Below are positions 20,656 to 28,241 of a stretch of 64,000 bases of DNA, in pieces. Position numbers and translations under genes: made by a program. The notes under the pieces are model-generated. The model was not told the DNA's origin and ran no database searches. It saw nothing but the letters and a program-made list of their open reading frames with translations. The stretch lies in the NCBI GenBank assembly GCA_052034955.1, contig JBPOHZ010000002.1:10790-74789 (forward strand), given 5' to 3'. The first letter of the stretch is position 1. Each line of letters begins with the position of its first letter. Source of the DNA: Candidatus Saccharimonadota bacterium (GTDB lineage Bacteria; Patescibacteriota; Saccharimonadia; Saccharimonadales; AWTP1-31).

Positions 20656-20917
20656 CACGTCCTTTAAAAAGCCGCTGGCACTCAGACACAACGGCTAGTT
20701 CAATCAGGTTGCCAACGACCCTGCTAATTGGGTGGTATAGGTTCAATTCTTTGCTACCGATTTTCTTGGTAGGGTAAGTAATGCGATACGACCCGTCCAA
20801 ACGGCTATGCACGCCAATCGAGCCGAGATAGAGGCTATTGTCGATTACCACGCTGGCAAAGGCTACAAGACCGCTACTCGGCTTTATCGGTACAACGTTT
20901 ACCTCGCTAATTTTCAT
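20573..20917 (-). CDS. SpoVG-like protein
   Basis: MKISEVNVVPIKPSSGLVAFASVVIDNSLYLGSIGVH...YRITYPTKK...LYHPI is collinear with the SpoVG family. Its tail overlaps the Rep start by ~80 nt. Confidence 0.6.
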   Translation of the reverse strand: MKISEVNVVPIKPSSGLVAFASVVIDNSLYLGSIGVHSRLDGSYRITYPTKKIGSKELNLYHPISRVVGNLIELAVVSECQRLFKGRDDDDRHNKAGNKDGQTITRKSQLSADA

Positions 20918-21215
20918 TGCAATTCTCTTGGCAATGTTCTGTCTTGCACGGACCTTCAAGCATTAGGCTAATCTGTGCTCGTATAGCACGCATTTGCTTA
21001 TGGTCTAATTGGCTCAACAAAGACTTAATTTTATTTGAGGTTTCATCGCCTGTTATGTCGGCAGGCAAATAACCCTCTGCAATTTCTACAAGGTGTTCAA
21101 CCTCATTAAGTTCAGCGTTCCAAATAACCACTTGTGCGGCGTAAAGACGGCAATCATTGCACCAAGCCAAAACGCTATCAGCTATCCGTAGTTTCGTTTC
21201 GTCGTTCATCATCAA
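20907..21215 (-). CDS. Hypothetical small acidic protein
   Basis: A 102-aa ORF in the element's minus-strand operon. No motif recognised. Confidence 0.4.
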   Translation of the reverse strand: MMMNDETKLRIADSVLAWCNDCRLYAAQVVIWNAELNEVEHLVEIAEGYLPADITGDETSNKIKSLLSQLDHKQMRAIRAQISLMLEGPCKTEHCQENCNEN

Positions 21216-21366
21216 TCCTTTCTTGCTCTTTTAGTTCAAGGTCCATTTCTATCAGCACGTCAAAATAGCCAACGAGGTTGGCTGTTGCTACGTCATCTCG
21301 ACCAAGCTCGGCAAGAAACTCTTGCAAGCTGACGACGTTTGGCTGTTGGCTGTTTTGCTGCTGCAT
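21178..21366 (-). CDS. Hypothetical small acidic protein
   Basis: A 62-aa ORF in the same operon. No motif recognised. Confidence 0.35.
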   Translation of the reverse strand: MQQQNSQQPNVVSLQEFLAELGRDDVATANLVGYFDVLIEMDLELKEQERIDDERRNETTDS

Positions 21367-21425
21367 ACAGCCATTACGACAAACCTAGTGTTTAGCCGAG
21401 TTTAAACCTGTGGATAATTCAGTTT

Positions 21426-22676
21426 TTACAGATTAGCAAGATATTTAGGGTTTACGTAAACCTCGTAGTTCAAAAGTATAAAAAACTCTTTTATTTGACC
21501 TTTTGTAGCAGCTTCAATTTTGAGGTTAAGTGCCTTTACGTAGCCTTTGACAGCGTTGTTAAATGTATCTTCATTACCGTCCGTTCCAGCGTGCATAGTA
21601 AATACCAATTCCATCAGATGTGATACGTCCCATTTTTTTGTAAAGTTTTCAACCGAGCTAAAGAAAAAATCGCAAAATCTGGCCTGTTTGGAACTACGCT
21701 GTATGCCAACTTCATAGCCTTTAAGAATTAGTTTTGAACTTTCCATCTGAAACTTAGCGTCAGCGTAAGCAATCCGTGTAATGCCACTTTCTTGCTTGCC
21801 TGTGACGAGCCGTTTTACCTCTGCAAGCTCACTGCGGTTTGCTTTTAATGCCGTGAATAACAAATCCAGCTTAGCTGTGCTAACAAGCTGGTAATCATCA
21901 TCAATGCGTTGCGTGCGGCTAGTGTCGCTGACAATCGTTACATTGCCGTCTCGGTCAAATACCTCAATATCATCAAGGTTTATTGTTTCAACTGGCGTAA
22001 ATTTGGCAAAAGTCGTGCCGATTGAACCCAGGTCAACGGCAAATGCCTTAACAATCGTCTCGCTTACTGCCTGTATGCTGGCAAAAAGGCTGCGAGTAAG
22101 GTTTGCAGCGTGAGCAGTCGCAAGAAACGACTGGTTTGCTAGACCAGCTGTGATAGCCAGTTTCTGCTGTGCCAAGACAAGCTGTTGAGCTGGCATTATA
22201 AAGTTGGTTTGTAGTTTCTGCGTCCCTATGGCAAGCCGTTGTATATCCTGTGTAATTTTGGCAATAGGGAAAGTGTCGAGTGTCCTAAACGCTTTTGTAA
22301 TGGCTGTAAAATCGTACTGTGCTGTTATACGCCTTGCTAGTTCAGTAGCCATTTTATTAGCCTCTATGAGCTGCTCTGTTTGACGAGGCGTTAACAGGTC
22401 AGGGTCTTTCTTTAACAATTCTTGCCACTGGCTAACCGTTAAGCCTGTGCGGTATTTTTTAGCGTCTAGGTCAAGGTCATACTTATTTTGGTTAGCAATA
22501 CGTCTGTCACGAAATACGTGGGCAGGTGTAGCCTCTGGCGGAGTGTGCTTTACAGGCAAGGCTATCTCTATGGGCTGAACATCTTTGCTCTTTGATTTTT
22601 TGGCAGACTTTTTAGCCGCTTTTGGTTGCGGTTTCTTTCGTGGCTTTTCTGGTAGTTTGTCGTCTTTTTTCATCAC
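21426..22676 (-). CDS. Hypothetical 416-aa protein with a Lys/Pro-rich N-terminus; first gene of the element's minus-strand operon
   Basis: A long ORF divergent from the excisionase-type HTH gene. No motif recognised. Confidence 0.55.
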   Translation of the reverse strand: MMKKDDKLPEKPRKKPQPKAAKKSAKKSKSKDVQPIEIALPVKHTPPEATPAHVFRDRRIANQNKYDLDLDAKKYRTGLTVSQWQELLKKDPDLLTPRQTEQLIEANKMATELARRITAQYDFTAITKAFRTLDTFPIAKITQDIQRLAIGTQKLQTNFIMPAQQLVLAQQKLAITAGLANQSFLATAHAANLTRSLFASIQAVSETIVKAFAVDLGSIGTTFAKFTPVETINLDDIEVFDRDGNVTIVSDTSRTQRIDDDYQLVSTAKLDLLFTALKANRSELAEVKRLVTGKQESGITRIAYADAKFQMESSKLILKGYEVGIQRSSKQARFCDFFFSSVENFTKKWDVSHLMELVFTMHAGTDGNEDTFNNAVKGYVKALNLKIEAATKGQIKEFFILLNYEVYVNPKYLANL

Positions 22677-22717
22677 ATCTTTACCAAAACTGCACTATCG
22701 CAGTCGCTCTTACTCTT

Positions 22718-22734
22718 GTATCATAATAGTATCA
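22718..22734. promoter_or_regulatory. Direct GTATCA repeats spaced 11 bp apart in a divergent promoter region
   Basis: ttGTATCAtaataGTATCAatt lies between the starts at 22676 (-) and 22748 (+) and overlaps a -10-like CATAAT. Confidence 0.3.
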
Positions 22735-22747
22735 ATTGTGAGGTTAT

Positions 22748-22936
22748 ATGTCATCGAAAGAATTACCAGAATTACTAACACTGAAACAAGCAAGCGAGCT
22801 GCTGCAAGTACACCCAAACACATTACGTAATTGGGATAATAACGGCACACTCAAAGCTGTCCGCATTGGTGGGCGTAATTTAAGACGTTACAAAAAAAGT
22901 GATTTACTAAAATTCGTCGAGCAATCAAAAAAGTAA
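22748..22936 (+). CDS. Excisionase-family (MerR-like) HTH DNA-binding protein
   Basis: LLTLKQASELLQVHPNTLRNWDNNGTLKAVRIGGRNLRRYKKSDL is typical of the excisionase-family DNA-binding domain. Confidence 0.75.
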   Translation: MSSKELPELLTLKQASELLQVHPNTLRNWDNNGTLKAVRIGGRNLRRYKKSDLLKFVEQSKK

Positions 22937-22951
22937 TAAAAGGAGTTAACT

Positions 22952-23581
22952 GTGTCCCTATTCGATAAGTTAAAAGACGCTAGTGATAAAGCAAGTAAAT
23001 CTGCTGCCAGTGCGTACGAAAGCCATAAAGAAAAAGTAGCTGCCACTAAGGAAGCTCGTGGCAATACGCTTAAAGCGGTTTCACTGGATTATATGGGCGG
23101 TTATAACGACTACAAAAAAGCAAAGGGCATATTAACGTTTTATGAAAAGCAAACCGAGTTTAGTAGCCCGTTATCAACCAAGTTCACTATCAGCAATAAA
23201 CAGGTGTCTAACATTGTTATTGAGGGCAAAGATGATGTTAGTAGGCGAGTAACAGTAACACGGCTCTTGGCAGTCGGTATATTTGCCTTTGCTTTAAAAA
23301 AGAAAAAGAAAGAAAAAGAGGCGTATCTGACAGTGGAGCTGTCAGACGGTCAAGAGGTTATATTTTTTGTAGACAACAATTCGCCAATGGAATTAAAGAC
23401 TAAATTAGCAAAAGTCATATCTCTTGTTAAGCAGGCTGGCGTGTCTAGCAATAACGCACAGATAGCACAAAGTCAGCAAGTTAGCGTTGCAGACGAACTG
23501 GCAAAACTCGCTAAACTCAAAGAACAGGGCATAATCACGCAAGATGAGTTTGATAAGAAAAAGACTGAACTATTGAGTTAA
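22952..23581 (+). CDS. SHOCT-domain protein
   Basis: C-terminal ELAKLAKLKEQGIITQDEFDKKKTELL is a SHOCT motif. A central hydrophobic segment is followed by a K-run. Confidence 0.6.
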   Translation: MSLFDKLKDASDKASKSAASAYESHKEKVAATKEARGNTLKAVSLDYMGGYNDYKKAKGILTFYEKQTEFSSPLSTKFTISNKQVSNIVIEGKDDVSRRVTVTRLLAVGIFAFALKKKKKEKEAYLTVELSDGQEVIFFVDNNSPMELKTKLAKVISLVKQAGVSSNNAQIAQSQQVSVADELAKLAKLKEQGIITQDEFDKKKTELLS

Positions 23582-23741
23582 AAAAACGCTTGGCATTTTT
23601 GCAGCCGAACAAATTCGGTATTTCATAGGCGGTATCTCATTTCTGCAAATTAAAGGGGACTACCCCCTATGGGTGTACTAAAAATACAAAATAAAAACGT
23701 GTATTTTGCCTAACTCCTGCCTACGTTCCGCCTAACAAAAA

Positions 23742-23762
23742 AGAGAGGTTGTTAGCCTCTCT
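23742..23762. terminator. Bidirectional terminator between convergent genes
   Basis: AGAGAGG-ttgttag-CCTCTCT, flanked by an A-run upstream and a T-run downstream. Confidence 0.65.
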
Positions 23763-23779
23763 TTTGCCATATCTACGGT

Positions 23780-24286
23780 CTAATTGTTTAGATTTTTGAT
23801 AGCGTAATCAGCCTGTGCTGCTGTAAATTTTTCGCCATATTCTGATACAAGTTGGTCACGAATAGCCGCTGGCGACATATTTTGTGTTTCTTGGTAGGTT
23901 TTGGCTTTTGCAAGAGCATTTGCGTTGTAGTCGGTTTCTACGTTATCAATTGCATATTGAGCTGCTTCTTTTGAAAACTGTTCGCCATATTCAGACGTGA
24001 GCTGCTCATACAAACCCTTTTCAGACATATGCTGAGTATTAGCGTAAGTGTCAGCTTTTGCGAGGGCAGCCTTATATTCTGCTGGTACATCAGGTTCTTG
24101 TTTTTCAGCTGGTTTTGTTTCAGCTGTTTGAGTAGTTTCGCTGTTTGCTGGCGTGGTGTCAGTTGATGTGTTCGTATCAGTACCGCCACCTGCTGCCGAG
24201 ACAATACCTACGAGCAGGAAAAATCCAATAATTCCAGTTAGTATTTTGTGTCGTCCAAACCAATTACCTTGTTTTTTATCTGCCAT
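23780..24286 (-). CDS. Membrane-anchored Ltp-family (host cell surface-exposed lipoprotein) two-repeat protein
   Basis: An N-terminal TM anchor and two repeats: ALAKADTYANTQHMSEKGLYEQLTSEYGEQFSKEAAQYAIDNV and ALAKAKTYQETQNMSPAAIRDQLVSEYGEKFTAAQADYAIKNL. Confidence 0.75.
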   Translation of the reverse strand: MADKKQGNWFGRHKILTGIIGFFLLVGIVSAAGGGTDTNTSTDTTPANSETTQTAETKPAEKQEPDVPAEYKAALAKADTYANTQHMSEKGLYEQLTSEYGEQFSKEAAQYAIDNVETDYNANALAKAKTYQETQNMSPAAIRDQLVSEYGEKFTAAQADYAIKNLNN

Positions 24287-24336
24287 TACAAACTATCCTT
24301 TCATTTGATTATAGTTATCGTCAGTATATACCATTT

Positions 24337-24372
24337 GCTTACATTTGTCAGTGGTTACTTACAATTGTAAGC
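24337..24372. promoter_or_regulatory. Operator-like palindrome and half-site upstream of the XRE gene
   Basis: A perfect 14-bp palindrome CTTACAATTGTAAG (24358-24371) plus an extra GCTTACA half-site (24337-24343), between the divergent Ltp and XRE genes. Confidence 0.5.
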
Positions 24373-24387
24373 AATACGCTAAAAGAT

Positions 24388-24615
24388 GTGAAAACATCAT
24401 CTGTCGAACACATCTATACCGAACTAGGAAAGCGTATTGTTAAGGCACGTAATGATAAGGGTATGAGCCAAGAAAAACTAGCTGCTACTAGCGGAATTGA
24501 CCGTTCACATATGGGGTTTATAGAACAAGGTCGTAGAAAGCCAACATTATCTACACTCTATAAAATTACCAAATCACTAGATATTTCGTTGGAAGAGTTG
24601 TTCAAGGGTCTATAA
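24388..24615 (+). CDS. XRE-family HTH transcriptional regulator (GTG start)
   Basis: GMSQEKLAATSGIDRSHMGFIEQGRRKPTLSTLYKITKSL is a classic Cro/C1-type HTH. Confidence 0.85.
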   Translation: MKTSSVEHIYTELGKRIVKARNDKGMSQEKLAATSGIDRSHMGFIEQGRRKPTLSTLYKITKSLDISLEELFKGL

Positions 24616-24836
24616 CAATTGGCACTCCAAAGCCGGTCTGCTGATTATGCGGTAACATGCGAGCAAAAGCCAGCAGTAAAATACACTAATCGATCCCTGT
24701 ATTTCTTGCTCTTTTGCAGCCAAAATGATGAGTCAATACAACTCCTTAATCCGTGAAATTTTCATCACTTGATTTAAACAAATGAGATATGTACACTAAG
24801 TATGAAATGTATGATATTTAGCACAAAGGAATAGAT

Positions 24837-25058
24837 ATGAAACAATTTAAATTTTGGGGGTCAGCTACTGTCGGCACAAAAGGACAGGTCGTTATCCCCG
24901 CCGAAGCTCGAGAAGTAATAGGGCTGAAAGAAGGAGAGAAGTTGCTCATTGTTAGTCCTTCAGATAGCGAAGCGATAGTTATTATAAGACCCAACATATT
25001 AGAGCAACATCTGAAAGCAATGCAGACCAACATAGATAAAATACTAAGCACAGAATAA
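24837..25058 (+). CDS. AbrB/MazE/SpoVT-family DNA-binding protein
   Basis: VGTKGQVVIPAEAREVIGLKEGEKLLIV is a SpoVT-AbrB swapped-hairpin motif. Confidence 0.75.
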   Translation: MKQFKFWGSATVGTKGQVVIPAEAREVIGLKEGEKLLIVSPSDSEAIVIIRPNILEQHLKAMQTNIDKILSTE

Positions 25059-25079
25059 ATAAAAGGAAATTTTCAAATA

Positions 25080-26654
25080 ATGAGTAGTCAGATAAAAAAT
25101 ATGACCGAAAACATCGAGCCTTCAATATATAAACGTCGTTGGAATATACTTGCTGCGATGTGTTTAAGCTTGCTGCTTGTGATAATTGGCAACAGCAGCT
25201 TAAATCAGGCAATACCGACGCTAGCAAAAGAGCTAAGTCTTACCTCACTGCAGCTAACTTGGATTGTAGATATCTATCCTCTACTTTTCGCTAGTTTATT
25301 GTTTACGTTTAGTGCAGTAGCTGACCGTTATGGTAGAAAACTTGTAATGCAAATCGGATTGGCAGTTTTCTTATCGGCTACGATCTATGCTGGATTTGTC
25401 GCCAGTTCTGGAGTTGAACTAATTGGTGCTAGGGCTGTGATGGGGATTGGGGCAGCTATGGTCATGCCGACGACTTTATCGATTATTGAGAACGTATTCC
25501 CAAAGAAGGAGCGTGCCCGAGCGATAGCGATTTGGAGTGGTGTGGCTGGCGGTGGTATTGCACTGGGCTCGATTATGACGGGCTTTTTACTGGAGCATTA
25601 CGCGTGGCAATCGGTATTTGTTTTTAGCACCATTTTGGGTGCAGTTGGGTTTATTTTCAACCAATTGATAACTCCAAACTCTCGTGATGAGAAGCAAACG
25701 CCAATTGACTGGCTTAGTGGCGGTCTGTCGACTATCGGTTTATTGGGGCTAGTATATGGTATTATAGAAGCCCCTTCGCACGGCATTACTGATACACCAG
25801 TTATGCTAAGCTTGCTTGCAGGCATAGCCGGAATTGGTCTGTTTATCTGGCGTCAACTTCGCATAAAGCATCCGATGCTCGATATGAAACTGTTCAAAAT
25901 ACCAGCCTTTTCCATTTCTGCCTTATCTGTTACCCTCACATTCTTTTCACTGATGGGAATATTCTTTTCTATTAGCCAATTGTTTCAGTTAATAATGGGC
26001 TACAGCACACTCGAGGCTTCATTTAGAATGCTGCCAATCTTTCTACTGATGATGCTTAGTGCACCATTTGTACCAAATATTGTTAAGAAGTATGGGACCC
26101 GATGGACTGTGACTGCTGGTTTGGTATTGGTGTCTGCATCGTTTCTAATCATGTCACAATGGCCTACAGTCCCTGAGTACTGGCAGGTACTAGGATCTAT
26201 GTTGGTAATGATGACCGGTATGTCACTGACCATGACGCCCGCCACCAATATGTTAATGTCAGCTATCCCACGCAATAGGGCGGGAATGGGCTCAGCAATG
26301 AACGATACAACTCGGGAGTTAGGTGGTGCTTTAGGTATTGCAGTTTTGGGTGCGGTGTTAAGCTCAGTGTATTCGAACCAAGTTGCAAACGCTGTTTCTA
26401 AATTGCCAGTTCAAATACAAGAGACGGCTAGTAACTCTTTGGCTGGAGCTTTAGCGGTTGCTGAAAAAATGGGACCGTTAGGCGACGGTCTAAGTGTGGC
26501 AGCCAAGACAGCATGGATGAACGGTTTATCACGAGCAACCATAATTGCATCAGCTATTGTGGGCGTCGCAGCGATAATCGCCTCAATCTGGCTTCCTCAT
26601 CGCCATGAAGATGGAGCTGATGACGAGGTTATTGAAGTTGCAATAGACGCTTAA
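25080..26654 (+). CDS. MFS transporter, DHA2 (14-TMS drug:H+ antiporter)-like
   Basis: About 14 hydrophobic segments and the MFS motif AVADRYGRKLV. Confidence 0.85.
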   Translation: MSSQIKNMTENIEPSIYKRRWNILAAMCLSLLLVIIGNSSLNQAIPTLAKELSLTSLQLTWIVDIYPLLFASLLFTFSAVADRYGRKLVMQIGLAVFLSATIYAGFVASSGVELIGARAVMGIGAAMVMPTTLSIIENVFPKKERARAIAIWSGVAGGGIALGSIMTGFLLEHYAWQSVFVFSTILGAVGFIFNQLITPNSRDEKQTPIDWLSGGLSTIGLLGLVYGIIEAPSHGITDTPVMLSLLAGIAGIGLFIWRQLRIKHPMLDMKLFKIPAFSISALSVTLTFFSLMGIFFSISQLFQLIMGYSTLEASFRMLPIFLLMMLSAPFVPNIVKKYGTRWTVTAGLVLVSASFLIMSQWPTVPEYWQVLGSMLVMMTGMSLTMTPATNMLMSAIPRNRAGMGSAMNDTTRELGGALGIAVLGAVLSSVYSNQVANAVSKLPVQIQETASNSLAGALAVAEKMGPLGDGLSVAAKTAWMNGLSRATIIASAIVGVAAIIASIWLPHRHEDGADDEVIEVAIDA

Positions 26655-26685
26655 TCAAACAAGTTAGTATTGGTAAGATATACGC

Positions 26686-27027
26686 ATGGACACAAACGCT
26701 TTAGCGACTATCGAGAGCAACCCAATCACGAGTAAACTCTATAGTTCTCTGCTTGAAGAATTAAATAATATAGGCCAGTTTGAGGTTGAAGTGAAGAAAA
26801 CGACTTTGCATGTAGTACACAAAAGAGCTTTTCTCGGTGTACATCCTCGTAAAGAGGGGCTACTTCTAAATATTGTTACCTCTGAGCCTATAGACAGTAA
26901 GCGATTTAAAAAATGTGAACAAGTATCTACAAATCGTTATCACAACCAGCTTGTAGTTAATGCACCTGAGCAAATCAATGATGAACTGATGAGCTGGATA
27001 GAATTAAGTTACAGTTTAACTACCTAA
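26686..27027 (+). CDS. Hypothetical protein (DUF5655-like)
   Basis: The pattern KKTTLHVVHKRAFLGVHPRKEGLLLNI...DELMSWIELSY resembles that family from memory only. Confidence 0.4.
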   Translation: MDTNALATIESNPITSKLYSSLLEELNNIGQFEVEVKKTTLHVVHKRAFLGVHPRKEGLLLNIVTSEPIDSKRFKKCEQVSTNRYHNQLVVNAPEQINDELMSWIELSYSLTT

Positions 27028-27150
27028 ATAAGGTATAGAATAGCCATTAAAACATTACAGGCTATCAAAGCTAAACACTAAGCTGGGTTCATATAGTTTT
27101 ACCGTTGCTGCAAGGTCTTCAAACTCATAAGCTTCATACTGCTCGCTACT

Positions 27151-27182
27151 AGTTCGTAATGTTTCCACTAGACGGAGCCAAA
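27151..27182 (+). repeat. Degenerate third copy of the 33-bp repeat
   Basis: AGTTCGTAATGTTTCCACTAGACGGAGCCAAA is roughly three-quarters identical, by hand alignment, to the perfect copies at 28029 and 28926. Confidence 0.45.
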
Positions 27183-27196
27183 TATAGAACTAGAAT

Positions 27197-27228
27197 AACA
27201 GAGGTCGTGTGCCTCTGTTATTTTTATT
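27197..27228 (+). terminator. Rho-independent terminator
   Basis: AACAGAGG-tcgtgtg-CCTCTGTT followed by ATTTTTATT. Confidence 0.7.
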
Positions 27229-27276
27229 GGGTGGGCGTAGCGGACGGACTTAGAATTAATTTGTTATGCTTAAGGC

Positions 27277-28029
27277 ATGATGACTGAACTAACCACAAAT
27301 CTATTATCTGCGTTAGCAGTCAGCATGATCATTACAGCTATGGCAAAAGTGCATAGCCAAAAGCTAAAAGCTGTTCTGTATGCTTTACCATTCCCAATAA
27401 CTATTGCACTTATAAGCTCCAGCAGTATTGCAACCAGCTTGAGTATCAGTGGCCTGACGCTCACAGGTGGATTCTTATGGGCGTGCTATTTCTTATATTC
27501 GAGACTAAAAGTTAATATTCTCATTACAGATGTAATCTTGTCTGTGATGTACATAGGAATCGCCTATGCCCTTGCACACAACTTAAAAATTCCATACTGG
27601 ACAATGCTTGGTATCTACCTAGCTCTATGGGTAACACTAATGACCTTGTTCAAGAACATGACGTTTAAATATCGTAAAGTTGCCCCAGCAAAAACAAACG
27701 TATACCTGAAGGCGTTCATCATCTTTGTAATTGCGTTCGGCCTATTCTCGGCACACCAGTATCTAGCAGCATTTGTGGTAACTTTTCCTTACAATGGGGT
27801 ATTCGCAGTTTTTGAGAATCGTTCTGGACTACTGCCTCAAGCCGCACTATTCACTCGAAATTGCATAGCTCTAGCTGCCTACTTTACTGCAAACTACCTT
27901 GTCGGCACACATTACTCAGCACCCATACGTTACGCCACAAGCTGGATTGCTTTTGGCATGATGCTTATCGCTGTCAACAAACTTATCAAAATTGATGTGC
28001 GAGATATGAAGAGTTCACGTCAAAACTAA
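27277..28029 (+). CDS. Polytopic membrane protein, unknown function
   Basis: A 250-aa ORF with ~7 hydrophobic segments. Confidence 0.6.
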   Translation: MMTELTTNLLSALAVSMIITAMAKVHSQKLKAVLYALPFPITIALISSSSIATSLSISGLTLTGGFLWACYFLYSRLKVNILITDVILSVMYIGIAYALAHNLKIPYWTMLGIYLALWVTLMTLFKNMTFKYRKVAPAKTNVYLKAFIIFVIAFGLFSAHQYLAAFVVTFPYNGVFAVFENRSGLLPQAALFTRNCIALAAYFTANYLVGTHYSAPIRYATSWIAFGMMLIAVNKLIKIDVRDMKSSRQN

Positions 28030-28061
28030 AGTTGCGAAGTACGTCCACTAGCGAGAGCCAA
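28029..28061 (+). repeat. 33-bp perfect direct repeat, copy 1
   Basis: AAGTTGCGAAGTACGTCCACTAGCGAGAGCCAA overlaps the last base of the TAA stop of the upstream gene. It is identical to 28926-28958. Confidence 0.9.
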
Positions 28062-28145
28062 AGTAATAGGAGACATTCATAGAATGGCTCTTTTTCTTTT
28101 ACTTCGCAGAAGTTGGAGACGAACCGGAGGTTCGGTTGCTAGTCT

Positions 28146-28210
28146 GGGCCCGAGCAAAGCACGGCGCACAGATTAACGTGCGGTTGTCGGCCTCTCAAGC
28201 AAAATTTGAC
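28146..28210 (+). other. tRNA-Asn-like relic (candidate att remnant or small structured RNA)
   Basis: GAGCAA...TTAAC...GGTTG..TCGGCCTCTCAAGCAAAATTTGAC aligns by hand to the tRNA-Asn anticodon-to-3' half plus its downstream flank, with the T arm missing. Nested stems GGGCCCG/CGGCCTC and CGCAC/GTGCG are present. Confidence 0.35.
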
Positions 28211-28211
28211 T

Positions 28212-28235
28212 AAATACCACTTTTGTGGTATTTTT
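28212..28235 (+). terminator. Hairpin terminator
   Basis: AAATACCAC-tttt-GTGGTATTT, followed by TT. Confidence 0.6.
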
Positions 28236-28241
28236 AGTTTT

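Larger units (their letters stand above)
17977..24615. mobile_element. Integrated element core at tRNA-Asn (serine recombinase, RCR Rep, regulatory switch). The right end is uncertain and may reach ~28.2 kb.
   Basis: A run of recombinase, Rep, excisionase-type HTH, Ltp and XRE genes sits directly next to a tRNA 3' end. A tRNA-Asn-like relic lies at 28146-28210. Confidence 0.6.

Noticed and set aside
23596-24722. A shared TTTTGCAGCC(G/A)AA motif in two noncoding parts of the element (near 23596 and 24709)
   Set aside because: There are only two copies of ~12 nt, which could be chance. The first copy is part of a CCGAA-caaa-TTCGG terminator hairpin. The evidence is not strong enough to call a site.
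28206-28241. The TTG start of ORF 28206-28856
   Set aside because: These codons lie within the AAATACCAC/GTGGTATTT terminator hairpin. The ATG at 28242 (MSTPESD) is the more plausible start.
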